From assembly GCA_022072505.1 (NCBI GenBank), contig JAJVHU010000037.1, forward strand, positions 52,773 through 116,772: a stretch of 64,000 nucleotides of DNA, in the 5' to 3' direction. Source of the stretch: Phycisphaerae bacterium (lineage in GTDB: Bacteria; Planctomycetota; Phycisphaerae; UBA1845). The translations under genes and the position numbers were made by a program. Every line of letters starts with the position of its first letter. Position 1 is the first letter of the stretch. The notes under the pieces are model-generated. The model made no database searches. It worked only from the letters and a program-made list of their open reading frames with translations, and was not told where the DNA came from. Below are positions 36,136 through 46,988 of the stretch, in pieces.

Positions 36136-37752
36136 TTACGGCGCGATCATCACCGTCTGCACCGCGATGTCCACCACCGGCGGACTGCCGTCGAACACCA
36201 GCGGATCGCCCGCGCCGCGTCCGGCCTGCACCGGCGGCGGGAACACCCAGACCGTCCGCAGACGCTCGCAGTCGTCGAGAACCCGGTTCGGCTGAACCTG
36301 GCATTCCGCCCTGTCGGGCCGACCGCAGGGATCGCAGTCCGGGTCATCCGGGTCGCACACGCCGTCCAGCGCGCCGAAGTCCACGTCCTCGCGGAACACT
36401 TCGCGGTCCAGCGTCAGGTACGCGGTGCGATCGTCGTCGGTGAGCCGGGCCTTCTCGACGCGGTAGATGTTCCCCGAAAGCTCGTCGATGAACACCGTCC
36501 CGCGATCGAACAACCCCGTCACCCACGCCGGTTGGTTCCGGTCGATCTCCGCGTCCTTGTGATTGACCGTGATCTCGGTGGCGATGCCCGTCGGGCAGTC
36601 GTCCGGGTCGGGCGTCATGTCACACCCGCTGCGGAGCTTCAGGTCGTCCGGGAAGAGCACCTGCACGCGCCACGGCGTCGGCAGCATCACGTCCTGATCC
36701 GACGCCAGCGCCGCCACGCCCGTCGCCCCGTCCTCGAAAGCCTCCCGCGGGTCCGGGTTCGGCACGGCGTCCGGATCCTGCCGGGCGTAGCGCGCCGTCG
36801 GCTTCGGACGGCGGAGCGTGACGTAGTACATCGCCACCACGCGCGAGTCGCTGATCGTGTCCAGATCAAGGTAACGGTCGCCGTCGTTGTCGAGGCAGCT
36901 TCCGGAGTTGGCCGTGCAGACGTATTCGTCGTCAAACCGGTACATCGCCGCCCAGGCGTAGCGCCGCGCTGAATACGCGTCGTCCCAGCGCCGGTTGTCC
37001 GCCGACAGATCGGTGAAGTCGTCGGTCGGCCGGCTCGGCAGCGGCGGGTACACCCGGTCCTGCACGGCGATCACGGGCTTCAGCACGTTCGGCAAACGCG
37101 AAAAATCCACCGTGTTGTTCGACGCGCGATACGGGCAGTTGCACGACGACGGGATATTGAACGTCCCGCCCCCGCGAAGCAATTCCCCGACCCGCGTCTG
37201 CTCCAGCATCCACGCATCCTCGCCCACGAACGCCCGGTTCTCAAAGAGCACGTTGCCGAGGTTCAGCACGTGAACGCGCCCGATCGGAAACCCGAGGTCG
37301 CCTTTGAACTCGATCGACCCGGCCTCGAACGAAAGCTGCCCCTGATCGCTGCAATCCGTGCAGTCACAGAACTGAATCTGGTCCCCGGGAAGCACCGCGA
37401 CGTCCGTCGTCTCTCCGTCCACCTTCAGCAGCGTCCGCACCGCCAGGTCCGCCGCCTGACGGCAGGAGAACTGCGTCGTGTTCTCCGCCAGCCGCCGCGC
37501 CGACAGCCACGACACCGGAAACAGGCTCGCCACCATCAGGAGCCCCAGCCCGAGGATCACCACCGCGATCATCATCTCCGCCAGCGAAATGCCGCGCCGG
37601 CGCCCGCCGACCGCCGCTCGCGCTGACGCGCGCCGCAAGCGCACCGCAGGCGCGCCGCGCCCCGAAAGCACGCCGCGCGCAACACGCACCGAAGCCCGCC
37701 GCCCCGCGACAAGCCGCGCCACTCCCGGATTCTCTGCATCCCTCTGCGTCAT
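36136..37752 (-). CDS. Large minor pilin/pseudopilin-like protein (PilV/GspI-type N-terminus), Cys/Asp-rich
   Basis: RRGISLAEMMIAVVILGLGLLMVASLFP; start uncertain. Confidence 0.8.
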   Translation of the reverse strand: MTQRDAENPGVARLVAGRRASVRVARGVLSGRGAPAVRLRRASARAAVGGRRRGISLAEMMIAVVILGLGLLMVASLFPVSWLSARRLAENTTQFSCRQAADLAVRTLLKVDGETTDVAVLPGDQIQFCDCTDCSDQGQLSFEAGSIEFKGDLGFPIGRVHVLNLGNVLFENRAFVGEDAWMLEQTRVGELLRGGGTFNIPSSCNCPYRASNNTVDFSRLPNVLKPVIAVQDRVYPPLPSRPTDDFTDLSADNRRWDDAYSARRYAWAAMYRFDDEYVCTANSGSCLDNDGDRYLDLDTISDSRVVAMYYVTLRRPKPTARYARQDPDAVPNPDPREAFEDGATGVAALASDQDVMLPTPWRVQVLFPDDLKLRSGCDMTPDPDDCPTGIATEITVNHKDAEIDRNQPAWVTGLFDRGTVFIDELSGNIYRVEKARLTDDDRTAYLTLDREVFREDVDFGALDGVCDPDDPDCDPCGRPDRAECQVQPNRVLDDCERLRTVWVFPPPVQAGRGAGDPLVFDGSPPVVDIAVQTVMIAP

Positions 37753-37800
37753 CTGCGGATCACTTCCTGCGTTGTCGCCACCCCCCGGAACACGCCGCGG

Positions 37801-38847
37801 TCACTGCGCCTCGCTCCCGATCGGTCCGCGGATCACGTCCCCCGTCGTCGCGCTGACGTAATACGGACGCGCCGACTCGCGGAGGTATTGCCGATGCGTC
37901 CCGGGAACCGCCTGCTGAAACTGCTCGTCGTCGTACACGATCACCCCGCGCACCGACGCGAAATTCACCGCCACGTCCCCCTCCCCCCCGCGCATCCGCA
38001 CCGTCAGCATGTGCGCCAGGTTGGCGTCCCTGTTGGATGCGTCCAGATCACGCGGCGCCTCCTTGAACACCGGGTCATACGAACCCGCCGCGTACTTCGT
38101 CACCATCGGCATCGCCCGCACGCCCGTCAGGTCGCCCCGTTGATGTCCCGCCGACCCGGCCAGGTCCGTCTCGCCGTCCTCGTCATACACCAGCACGTCG
38201 CGCCCGATGAGCTGCTGCCCCAGCGGCGAAAACACCACCGCGAAGTAGTTGCGATGCCGCTGCGGCTCGAACTCCTCCTGTCCGGTCAGACCGACCGGGG
38301 CGTCGAAATCATTGTTCACCAGCTCGGCGTCGCTGAAGCGCTCGAAGGAGAGTTGCCGGTCGCGCCGCGCATTCCGCGCCGGATCGAGCAAGGCCGCGCT
38401 CGGCGCCGCCCGCATCGGCTTGGGCATCGTGAACTGCACGCCCTGAACGATCTCAAACCGGCTCGACGAAATCAGGTCCACCCGCACCGACGGATCCAGC
38501 GGATCGACCGTCGTGTACTTCGGATTGCCGCTCTCGTCATACCGCGCCGACAGCGGCTCATCCGCCCGCTGGATCAGCACGACGTGCTGCACGCCCGCCC
38601 CGTCGAGGTAGAACAGCAGCCCCGCCTCGGTCGTCCCCAGCGCCCGCTGCCGCGCGTTCATCAGCGCCCCGCGCAGGATCGTCTCCGCCTCGGATATCTT
38701 CCGCTGCTCCCACATCTGGTTGATCGCCGGAACCGCCGCCAGCGCCAGCAGCACGACGATCCCGATCACCACCAGCAGCTCCGTCAGCGTGAACGCCTGA
38801 CGTCGAGCGGGCGTCGTCTCACGGGTTGTCCAAGTCCGTCGTTTCAT
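37801..38847 (-). CDS. Minor pilin/pseudopilin-like protein (FimT/GspH-type)
   Basis: QAFTLTELLVVIGIVVLLALAAVPAI; L..ARQRA helix; ATG 38847. Confidence 0.82.
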   Translation of the reverse strand: MKRRTWTTRETTPARRQAFTLTELLVVIGIVVLLALAAVPAINQMWEQRKISEAETILRGALMNARQRALGTTEAGLLFYLDGAGVQHVVLIQRADEPLSARYDESGNPKYTTVDPLDPSVRVDLISSSRFEIVQGVQFTMPKPMRAAPSAALLDPARNARRDRQLSFERFSDAELVNNDFDAPVGLTGQEEFEPQRHRNYFAVVFSPLGQQLIGRDVLVYDEDGETDLAGSAGHQRGDLTGVRAMPMVTKYAAGSYDPVFKEAPRDLDASNRDANLAHMLTVRMRGGEGDVAVNFASVRGVIVYDDEQFQQAVPGTHRQYLRESARPYYVSATTGDVIRGPIGSEAQ

Positions 38848-38916
38848 AAGAAAAACCGCACGCTGCAAACCCCCGCCTGCCCGCCCGAGCTAACCCGAGC
38901 GCCCGATCCGCGCCCC

Positions 38917-39897
38917 TCACTTCCCCCCCGCCAGCTTCTCCGCCAGCGCCGGGTTCGCGTACACGTTGTCCGCGTTCAGCGGATTGTCGATCCGATCCTT
39001 CGCCGATCCGTCCAGCCCCAGCAGATCCGTCGCGATGTTCGCCGCCGTCGCCCCGGTCTGATTGACTTCGGTGCGCTGGTCCTTGCCGTCCGGTCCCCAC
39101 GACATCAGCACCGGCGCGCCGCCGTTCATCTTGACCAGCCGGGTCGAGACCTCGTTCCAACTCCAGCCGTCGGCCTGCGGGTGGTTGCTGGACTCCGCAG
39201 CCCCGTCGCGGAAATCCCGCTGGGAGAAATACGTCACCGGAACCTGCCAGTCATCGACCAGCCACCGCAGCGGCTCGTCATCCTTCGGGTTGTATTTGCC
39301 GTCACGGTCGCGGTCGAGGTATTGCACCGGGTCGCCCGCGCCGTCCAGCGGCACGGCAACCAGATGCTTCTCCGACACCCGCGAAAGAATCTGCGCCGCC
39401 GACTCGCTGTGCAGTTCGATCGCCAGCAGCATCGTCGCGATGTCCCGGTTCTCGAACTGCGGCGCCGCCCCTCCGAGTACGAACGTCATGCGCTGATACC
39501 CGCCGCCGGCGTCCGGCACGACGACCCCGCCGCCCGGCGCAAGGCTGCGGCCCTGCGTCGAACCCGGAATCCCGCTCCCGTAAACCTCAAGCTCATCCGC
39601 CGGATACTTGCCGTAACGCGACACGTACGCGACCTGCCCCGCGCCGCCCGGCTGTTTCACCGCCGCCAGCGGCGCGTCCGCCGCGAACTGCTCCAGCGCG
39701 TCCGCCACGATCCGCAGCATCCCCTCGGTGTTCTTCGACTGCCCCTTGCGCACCGCCCACCCGCCGAGCGTCACCACGCTCACCAGCAGGATGACGATGA
39801 TCGCCACCACCACCAGAATCTCGACCAGCGTGAACGCCCCCCGGACCTTGGCCGAAGACCTTGCGGTTATCGCGTGGACGCTCCCGGAGCGCCTCAT
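38917..39897 (-). CDS. Prepilin-type (GspG-like) protein
   Basis: GAFTLVEILVVVAIIVILL; LVDDWQVPVTY; LMSWGPDG; start 39897 or 39930. Confidence 0.82.
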   Translation of the reverse strand: MRRSGSVHAITARSSAKVRGAFTLVEILVVVAIIVILLVSVVTLGGWAVRKGQSKNTEGMLRIVADALEQFAADAPLAAVKQPGGAGQVAYVSRYGKYPADELEVYGSGIPGSTQGRSLAPGGGVVVPDAGGGYQRMTFVLGGAAPQFENRDIATMLLAIELHSESAAQILSRVSEKHLVAVPLDGAGDPVQYLDRDRDGKYNPKDDEPLRWLVDDWQVPVTYFSQRDFRDGAAESSNHPQADGWSWNEVSTRLVKMNGGAPVLMSWGPDGKDQRTEVNQTGATAANIATDLLGLDGSAKDRIDNPLNADNVYANPALAEKLAGGK

Positions 39898-39927
39898 GCC
39901 TTCATGCGGGCAAGACTCGCCTTTCAG

Positions 39928-39956
39928 CATTCTGCATTCCGCATTCCGCATTCCGC
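39928..39956. repeat. Heptamer tandem repeat (CATTCYG)4
   Basis: CATTCTG CATTCCG CATTCCG CATTCCG directly after the stop of 39958..41025. Confidence 0.75.
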
Positions 39957-39957
39957 C

Positions 39958-41025
39958 CTACTCCTGCCGCTGCCAGTTCACGATGTCGTCACCCGTCCCG
40001 TAGATCAGGTCCGGACCGGCGCTGATCAGCAGGTAGCTGTCCTTCCGCACCGGCTCATTCCGCGCGGTGATCGACTTGTCCCAGATGAAGCGCGCAAACG
40101 TGTTGTCGAAATTCGATTTCGTCAGGTCGCCGTTGTTCCCGCGCGGAACCGCCTCGACATACCCGGGCTTGCCGATGCGATGCGCCAGGTTCGGATCGTC
40201 CGCCAGCGGACCCGCGCCGAAGTCGATCCCGACCGAGTTGTACGTCGTATTCAGCGCCCCTTCCGTCCCCGTGATCAGGCCGTTGTCCTCCTGATTGTAT
40301 ATCCCGCCGGACGGCGTCCCCCCCATGTCCAGTCCGCACATCGCCTTCGCCGAAGGCGTCGCCCGGTAGTAAAGGATCGGCAGCCCCCACGCATCCGTGA
40401 AAAACGGAAGACGCTTGCTTGCATCCGTGTCCAGCAGCGAACCCCCCGGCAACTGGCCCGCCGGGATCGTCCCCTCGGTGATCAGGTCGTTGATCGTCTT
40501 CAGCCGCTCCCGCGCCGACTCATCCACGTACCCGCTGCCCCCGCCGTAACGCGTCCACTTCGCCTGACCCGTCGTCCGGTCCAGCCCGTAAAGACCCGCC
40601 GGATTGCGATCGTTGCCCTCGAAGGCGTGCATGTCGTCGGACCACCGGCCGTTGTTGTTGATGTCCTTGAAGCCCGGCGGTCCCAGCCGGTCCGCCCCCA
40701 CCAGCGCGAACGCCAGCAGGTGCGCCCCCGTCACCGCCGTCTCGACCGGCGCGCCCTGGTTCGTCGCCTGCGGATCGGCGATCTTGCGGAAGTCCGTCGC
40801 GTCATCCCCGCGCGACGGCGGATACGATCCGCCGATCGACGTGTCCCCGCGCAGCAACTCGATCCCCGCGTTCAAGGCGTTGAACGACGCCTGCACGCCC
40901 GCGATCTTCGCCCGCTGCCGCGCCGCCCCGATCGCCGGAATCAGGATCGCGATCAGGATGACGATGATCGCAATCACCACCAGCATCTCCACCAACGTAA
41001 ACGCCGCTCGCTTTGCCCTTGTCAT
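39958..41025 (-). CDS. Prepilin-type (GspG-like) protein
   Basis: AAFTLVEMLVVIAIIVILIAILIP; DAWGLPILYY; YLLISAGPDLIYGTGDDIVNW. Confidence 0.85.
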   Translation of the reverse strand: MTRAKRAAFTLVEMLVVIAIIVILIAILIPAIGAARQRAKIAGVQASFNALNAGIELLRGDTSIGGSYPPSRGDDATDFRKIADPQATNQGAPVETAVTGAHLLAFALVGADRLGPPGFKDINNNGRWSDDMHAFEGNDRNPAGLYGLDRTTGQAKWTRYGGGSGYVDESARERLKTINDLITEGTIPAGQLPGGSLLDTDASKRLPFFTDAWGLPILYYRATPSAKAMCGLDMGGTPSGGIYNQEDNGLITGTEGALNTTYNSVGIDFGAGPLADDPNLAHRIGKPGYVEAVPRGNNGDLTKSNFDNTFARFIWDKSITARNEPVRKDSYLLISAGPDLIYGTGDDIVNWQRQE

Positions 41026-41103
41026 CGTCCTGCCCTCGCTTGCGTCATCGCACTCCGAATCCGCACGGCGCCGCGGCGCCGTCCGCGACGCCTCGCCCCG
41101 GCG

Positions 41104-42156
41104 TCAGAAGTTCGTCACGTCGTCCGGCGTCCCGTAAAGCTGGTCCGCCCCGGGGCTGACCAGGATGAATGAATCCGCGTTCTTCGCTCGCAACGGTTTC
41201 GGGGCGTTGCCCTGCTGGTTCTCCGTCGCCTCATGCGCGCCTTCGTCATGAACCCAGTGTGCGAACGTTTCCGGAAAGTCGTGCATGTCGTCCCCCGTCA
41301 GCAGGTTCCCGATCGCCGCGATCCGGTGATCCCCGCCCTTCCCGAAGTTCCACCCTTCCCGAAGATCGCTGCCCGACGGGTTCGTCGCGTACCCGGTGAA
41401 CCCGCGGTTGTCCTGATGAAAATAAAACGGAGGCCCCCCCTCGTCCGCGTAGTTGTTGTCCACCTTATGCACATCCTCGACGAGGTTCCGCGTCGACGCC
41501 CCGCGGTTCGAGGCGTAATACAGGATCGGCGTGTCAAAGGCGTCCAGAAGCACCGGAAGCTGCTTCATCCGGTCCCAGTCCGGAAACAGGCTGCTGTCCG
41601 TCGGGGCGAACCCCGGCAGGTTCTCCGTCGCCGTCATGCGCGTCTTGCTCGGATCCAGATAAAGCGTGCTGCGGTCCAGCAATTGCCCCGTCGTCGGATC
41701 CGGAAGATACCACTCCCACGGCTTGTTGCGGCGATCCTCGGGGACGCTGCCCGGACGGATGTAGCCGTTCAGGTCCGCTCCCATCAGCATCAGCGGCAGA
41801 AGGTGCGCGCCGTAAACCCTGGGCTTCTGTTGGATAAACGGATAGCGCCCCTCCGCGCCGTCCTGCGCGGTGAACACCGGCGCGCCGTTCTTGTCCAGCA
41901 GGATCGGGTGAACGAACGACGGCGGATATCCGTTCGTCCGCTGGTGATCCTTGTCGTGATCGTTCTTGAACATCTCCAGCCCGGTCCCGATCGACCGCAC
42001 GATCGCCGACGACGACGCCGTCTTCGCCGACCGCCGCGCCGCGTTCAGCGACGGAACCAGGATCGCGATCAGAACGCCGATGATGAAGATCACCGTCAGC
42101 AGCTCCACCAGCGTAAACCCGCCCCGACGACGACCTCGATTCGTGTCCATATTCAT
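41104..42156 (-). CDS. Prepilin-type (GspG-like) protein
   Basis: GGFTLVELLTVIFIIGVLIAILVPSL; DAFDTPILYY; FILVSPGADQLYGTPDDVTNF. Confidence 0.85.
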   Translation of the reverse strand: MNMDTNRGRRRGGFTLVELLTVIFIIGVLIAILVPSLNAARRSAKTASSSAIVRSIGTGLEMFKNDHDKDHQRTNGYPPSFVHPILLDKNGAPVFTAQDGAEGRYPFIQQKPRVYGAHLLPLMLMGADLNGYIRPGSVPEDRRNKPWEWYLPDPTTGQLLDRSTLYLDPSKTRMTATENLPGFAPTDSSLFPDWDRMKQLPVLLDAFDTPILYYASNRGASTRNLVEDVHKVDNNYADEGGPPFYFHQDNRGFTGYATNPSGSDLREGWNFGKGGDHRIAAIGNLLTGDDMHDFPETFAHWVHDEGAHEATENQQGNAPKPLRAKNADSFILVSPGADQLYGTPDDVTNF

Positions 42157-42255
42157 AGACCCCGTGTCTTGAAGTGCGAATTCGGAATCGCGGATCACCG
42201 TCCCGGCATGCCCGCACTCGCCTTCAATTCGTTATTCGCTCTTCGCAATTCGCCA

Positions 42256-43503
42256 TTACCCCGCCACCGACTCGATCAGCTTCACCAGCGGAAGGAACAA
42301 CGCCACGACGATGAACCCGACGATGCCGCCGAGGACGACAACCATCAACGGCTCCAGCAGCGAGATCAGGCTCGCCACCGCGGTCTCCACCTCCTCGTCG
42401 TAATTGTCCGCGACCTTGATGAGCATCTTGTCCAGTTCGCCCGTCTCCTCGCCGACGTCCACCATGTTGACCACGATCGCGTCGCACGTCTTCGTCGCCC
42501 GAAGCGGGTTGGCGAAGCTGTCGCCCTCGCGGATCGCGTCGTGGACCGTCTCCATCGCCCGCGAGAACACCTCGTTGCCCGCCGTCTCCTTCGTGATGTT
42601 CAGCGCCTCCAGGATCGGAACGCCCGCGCTGATCAGCGTCCCCAGCGTCCGGGTGAACCGCGCGATCGCCGACTTCTCCAGCAGGGGTCCGACGATCGGA
42701 ATGTGCATCACCAGCCAGTCCGTGACGTACCGCCCCCCTTTCGCCGATCGCACCAGCTTCAGCGTCATGAAGAACACGATCGGAATCAGCGGAGCCAGCA
42801 CCACGCCCGGCGGACGCCCGTTCGCGAACCAGTACGACACGCTGATCAGCGCCTGCGTCAGCGCCGGAAGCTCCACGTCGAAGTCCTCGAAGATGTCCTT
42901 GAACTTCGGAATGACCCAGTACATGATCCCGCCGACGATCGCGCACGCGAACGAGATCACCACCAGCGGGTAGATCATCGCCCCGATGACTTTGCGCTTC
43001 AGCTTCTGCGCCTTCTCAAGAAAGTCGGCCAGACGGTTGAGAATCACGTCGAGCACGCCGCCCGTCTCCCCCGCCGCGATCATGTTCGTGTACAACCGCG
43101 TGAACACCTTCGGATGCTTCGCCATCGCCTCCGACAGCGTCGTGCCCCCCTCGATGTCCTCCACCACGATCCGCAGCGTGCTCTTGAGCTTCCCCGGACG
43201 CGCCTGCTCCTCGAGGATGTTCAGGCTCCGCAGGATCGGCAGACCCGCGTCCTGAAGCGTCGAAAGCTGCCGCGTGAACTGCACCATCTGCTTGTTCGAA
43301 ACCCGACCGATGCCTCCGCCGGACCGCTTCTTCTTCGTCCCCGCAGCCGCGGCGCCTTTCTTCCCGCCTTTCTCCTTGATCCGCGTCGGGAAGTAGCCCA
43401 TCTGCCGGATCTTGGCGAGCGCGTCCTCCGTGGAAATCGCTTCCACTTCGTCCTTGACGTCCTCGCCGGACTGGCTCATCGCCTCGTATGCATATGTCGC
43501 CAT
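42256..43503 (-). CDS. pilC: Type IV pilus/T2SS inner-membrane platform protein (PilC/GspF)
   Basis: FTRQLSTLQDAGLPILRSL, AGETGGVLD..L.RLA, FTRTLGTLISAGVPIL, VGEETGELD.ML. Confidence 0.93.
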   Translation of the reverse strand: MATYAYEAMSQSGEDVKDEVEAISTEDALAKIRQMGYFPTRIKEKGGKKGAAAAGTKKKRSGGGIGRVSNKQMVQFTRQLSTLQDAGLPILRSLNILEEQARPGKLKSTLRIVVEDIEGGTTLSEAMAKHPKVFTRLYTNMIAAGETGGVLDVILNRLADFLEKAQKLKRKVIGAMIYPLVVISFACAIVGGIMYWVIPKFKDIFEDFDVELPALTQALISVSYWFANGRPPGVVLAPLIPIVFFMTLKLVRSAKGGRYVTDWLVMHIPIVGPLLEKSAIARFTRTLGTLISAGVPILEALNITKETAGNEVFSRAMETVHDAIREGDSFANPLRATKTCDAIVVNMVDVGEETGELDKMLIKVADNYDEEVETAVASLISLLEPLMVVVLGGIVGFIVVALFLPLVKLIESVAG

Positions 43504-43715
43504 GACAGGTCGTTCCCGTGCCCCGCGGAACCGGGTCTTCGCGCCCTTCGACCGGGCTTGATTACCCGTCCCTTCACTTCCTCAACCGTTCAAACGCGCC
43601 TCACGTGCCTCACATTATCATCCAGAAAGCCGCCCCGACCTCGGACCTGCGCTTCGCGCCCTGCCATCCCGATCCACGCCCTTCCGTCGCCGGCGCGACG
43701 CCGAAGCGCGCCGGG

Positions 43716-45524
43716 CTAGTCCGCGACGATCGTCTCCCGCACGACCTCTTCGATCGTTGTGATCCCTTCGTAGATCGCGTTCAACCCCGACTCACGCAGC
43801 GTCCGCATCCCACGCTTGACGGCTTCCTGACGCAGCACGCCCGTCGACGCATGACGCATGATCAACTCACGCATCACGTCGTCGAGCACCATGATCTCGT
43901 AAATGCCCATCCGGCCCTTGTAGCCGGTGTTGTTGCAGTAGTCGCAGCCCTTCCCGTAGAAGAACACCTTCCCCCCGATGTCCTCTGGCCGAAGCTCCAA
44001 CTCATACAACTGCTCCTCCGTCGGCGTGTACTCGGACTTGCAGTTCGTGCAGATCCGACGAACCAGCCGCTGAGCCACGATGGCTTCAAGCGTGGCTGTA
44101 ATCAGGAACGCCTCAAGCCCCAAGTCCAGCAGACGTGCGATCGCCGACGGTGCGTCGTTCGTGTGCAGAGTTGTAAAAACCAGGTGTCCCGTCAACGAAG
44201 CCTGGACTGCAATCTGCGCCGTTTCAAGGTCGCGGATCTCGCCCACCAGGATGATGTCCGGGTCTTGACGCAGGAAGCTCCGCAACGCTCGGGCGAACGT
44301 CAGCCCGATTTCAGGCCGGACCTGCACCTGCACCAGCCCGTCGATGTCGTACTCGACCGGATCCTCCGCCGTCAGCAGCTTCGAATCCGGATTATTCAAC
44401 TCCGAGAGCGCCGCATACAGCGTCGTCGTCTTGCCCGACCCGGTCGGTCCGGTATTGATGACGATCCCGTTCGGCTTGTTGATGAGCTGCCGGAAGATCG
44501 CCATCTCATCCTCGCGGAACCCCAGACGCTCCAGCTTCAACTGGACGTTCGACCGGTCCAGCACGCGAAGCACCACGCTTTCCCCGTGCATCGTGGGGAG
44601 AACCGCCACGCGCAGGTCCACCGGGCTGCCCGCCACGGTCAGCTCGATGCGCCCGTCCTGCGGGAGTCGCCGCTCCGCAATGTCCAGGTTCGCCATGACC
44701 TTGATGCGCGACGTGATCGCCATCGCAATGTACCGCGGCGGCGGAACCATCTCGTACAACACCCCGTCGATGCGATAGCGCATCTTGAACTCGTCCTCGA
44801 AGGGCTCGAAGTGGATGTCCGAGGCCTTGTCCTTGATCGCCTGAAGCAGAACGAGGTTGAGCAGTTTCTTGACCGGGTTGGCGTCCGCCAGGGTCCGCAG
44901 GTCGTCCAGGTCGATGCTCTCGCCGCGCCCCTGGAACCGGGCGAGATCCTCGTCCGAGGTGACTTCCTCAATGAGTGACGCGATCGACTGCTGCTCCTGC
45001 TCCGGGTAGTACCGGTCCAGCGCCCGCCCGATGTCGTCCGGGTTGGATAACGCCGGACGGATCGTCACTCCCAGCAGCGTCCGCAGGTCGTCCACCGCAA
45101 GGAAGTTCTCCGGACTCCCGATCGCCACCGCCAGTTCGTTGCGGTTCTGGTCGAACTCGAAGGGAATGACCCGATACGTATGCGCCATCTGGTTCGGAAT
45201 GAGGGTGAGCACCTCCTTCGGAACGTCGTACTTCCCGAGGTCCACCACCTCCATCCCCACCTGCGCCGCCAGCGCCAGGTTCAGGTCTTCCTCGGTGATG
45301 AACCCCTGCTCCACCAGGATCATCCCCAGCGGAACACGCTTCTCCTTCTGGATCTCCAGCGCCAGCGTGATCTGCGTCCGGCGCACCTTCCCCATCTTGA
45401 TGAGGATGCGCCCGAGCTGCCGCCCGCGAAGCTGCTCGATCGGCGGCATCTTCCCGTCGCGCCGACGCCCCGGCCGGCCCTTGTCTTTGTCGTCGCTCAT
45501 CGTCGCTGGTCTGGCCCCGCTCAT
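43716..45524 (-). CDS. pilB: Type IV pilus assembly ATPase (PilB/GspE)
   Basis: ASDIHFEP, GPTGSGKTTT, LRQDPDIILVGEIRD, tetracysteine motif; start 45524 or 45500. Confidence 0.9.
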   Translation of the reverse strand: MSGARPATMSDDKDKGRPGRRRDGKMPPIEQLRGRQLGRILIKMGKVRRTQITLALEIQKEKRVPLGMILVEQGFITEEDLNLALAAQVGMEVVDLGKYDVPKEVLTLIPNQMAHTYRVIPFEFDQNRNELAVAIGSPENFLAVDDLRTLLGVTIRPALSNPDDIGRALDRYYPEQEQQSIASLIEEVTSDEDLARFQGRGESIDLDDLRTLADANPVKKLLNLVLLQAIKDKASDIHFEPFEDEFKMRYRIDGVLYEMVPPPRYIAMAITSRIKVMANLDIAERRLPQDGRIELTVAGSPVDLRVAVLPTMHGESVVLRVLDRSNVQLKLERLGFREDEMAIFRQLINKPNGIVINTGPTGSGKTTTLYAALSELNNPDSKLLTAEDPVEYDIDGLVQVQVRPEIGLTFARALRSFLRQDPDIILVGEIRDLETAQIAVQASLTGHLVFTTLHTNDAPSAIARLLDLGLEAFLITATLEAIVAQRLVRRICTNCKSEYTPTEEQLYELELRPEDIGGKVFFYGKGCDYCNNTGYKGRMGIYEIMVLDDVMRELIMRHASTGVLRQEAVKRGMRTLRESGLNAIYEGITTIEEVVRETIVAD

Positions 45525-45562
45525 CACGCCCCGCCCCTTGCGCCGAAATCCCGTCGTCCCGA

Positions 45563-46708
45563 CTACGTCCGAAGCTGGATGTCGTCGCCGTCGTCCGCGC
45601 CCTCGCCGCCGGGCTTTTCTCCCTCGGTGACCGCCAGTCCCCGGCGGTGACGGTCGATCTTGTCCTGCATCTGTCCCGGATGGCGCGAGCGGTCGATGCA
45701 GTCCTCCGCGTTGATGTCGCCCTTCAGGTACAGGCTCCACAGGTGTTCGTCGAGGAGCTGCATGCCGTATTTCTTGCCGGTCTGGATCGACGAGTCGATG
45801 CGGTAGGTCTTGTTCTCGCGGATCAGGTTCGAGATCGCCGGCGTCGTCACCATGAACTCATACGCCGCCACCATCCCCTTCGGTTGCCGCGGCAGCAGCG
45901 CCTGCGACAGCACCGCGATCAGGTTCGTCGAAAGCTGAACGCGGATCTGCTCCTGCTGGTCCACCGGGAACGCGTCGATGATCCGGTTCACCGTGCCCTG
46001 GCATCCCGTCGTGTGAACCGTGCTGAACACGAGGTGGCCCGTCTCCGCGGCGCGGATCGCCGATTCCATCGTCTCCAGGTCGCGCAGCTCGCCGACGAGA
46101 ATCACGTCCGGGTCCATGCGCAGCACGCGCCGCAGCGCCTCCGCGAAGCTCGGCACGTCGCTGCCCACCTCGCGCTGGTTGATCACCGACTCTTTGTGGG
46201 AGTGATAGTATTCGATCGGATCCTCGACCGTGACGATGTGACGGTCGAAGTTCGTGTTGATGTAGTTGATCATCGACGCCAGCGTCGTCGTCTTCCCCGA
46301 CCCCGTCGGACCCGTGACCAGGAACAGCCCGCGCGGACGCCGGCACAGCGCCCGGCAGATCCGCGGCAGCCCGATCTCGTCGAACGACAGCAGCTTGAAG
46401 GGAATCAGACGCAACACCATCGAGATGTTGCCCTTCTGCTTGAAGATCGACACGCGGAAGCGCCCGTGATCGCCGAAGGCGAACCCGAAGTCCGTCCCGC
46501 CCTCCTCCTGCAACTCCTGCTGATTGCGATCCGGCGTGATCGACTTCATCAGGCTCGTCGAGTCCTCCGGCGCCAGCGTCTTCGTCTCCAGCCGACGCAG
46601 ATGTCCGTGAAGCCGGATCACCGGCGGTTGACCCACCGATATGTGCAGGTCCGACGCCCCCTGTTTGATCACCGTCTCCAGAAGACGGTCAATATGTAAT
46701 GTGGCCAT
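45563..46708 (-). CDS. pilT: Type IV pilus retraction ATPase
   Basis: GASDLHISVG.PP, GPTGSGKTTT, LRMDPDVILVGELRD, AAETGHLVFSTVH, AISNLIRE motif. Confidence 0.93.
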   Translation of the reverse strand: MATLHIDRLLETVIKQGASDLHISVGQPPVIRLHGHLRRLETKTLAPEDSTSLMKSITPDRNQQELQEEGGTDFGFAFGDHGRFRVSIFKQKGNISMVLRLIPFKLLSFDEIGLPRICRALCRRPRGLFLVTGPTGSGKTTTLASMINYINTNFDRHIVTVEDPIEYYHSHKESVINQREVGSDVPSFAEALRRVLRMDPDVILVGELRDLETMESAIRAAETGHLVFSTVHTTGCQGTVNRIIDAFPVDQQEQIRVQLSTNLIAVLSQALLPRQPKGMVAAYEFMVTTPAISNLIRENKTYRIDSSIQTGKKYGMQLLDEHLWSLYLKGDINAEDCIDRSRHPGQMQDKIDRHRRGLAVTEGEKPGGEGADDGDDIQLRT

Positions 46709-46940
46709 CGATGCTCCTTCGGCTCAACCACTGCTTCAGAGAGGTCTCCCCCTTCCCCTCAGTCTCCGCGAATCCCCCAACACCGTCTGCAGAAGCAGCC
46801 GATCGAGAAGTTCATTCAACCCTCAAGACGCTTTTCCGCTTCATCATGCCGACACCCGCCCGGCGCGTCGTCGGACCAGACCGGCTTCGCGTTTTCCCTT
46901 GAATGACCCGGCGTCCTACGTCTTCCGCCTCCGTCTTTTT

Positions 46941-46988
46941 GCAATCTGCATTCTGCATTCTGAATTCTGAATTCTGAATTCCGAATTC
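46941..46988. repeat. Heptamer tandem repeat (A/C)ATTCTG, about 7 units
   Basis: GCAATCTGCATTCTGCATTCTGAATTCTGAATTCTGAATTCCGAATTC directly after the stop of the second PilB. Confidence 0.8.

Noticed and set aside
37888-41172. 1094-aa plus-strand ORF and similar long antisense ORFs (41233..43719, 58304..60970, 48581..50533, 15134..16843)
   Set aside because: Arg/His/Pro-rich shadow frames opposite well-supported genes, expected in high-GC DNA
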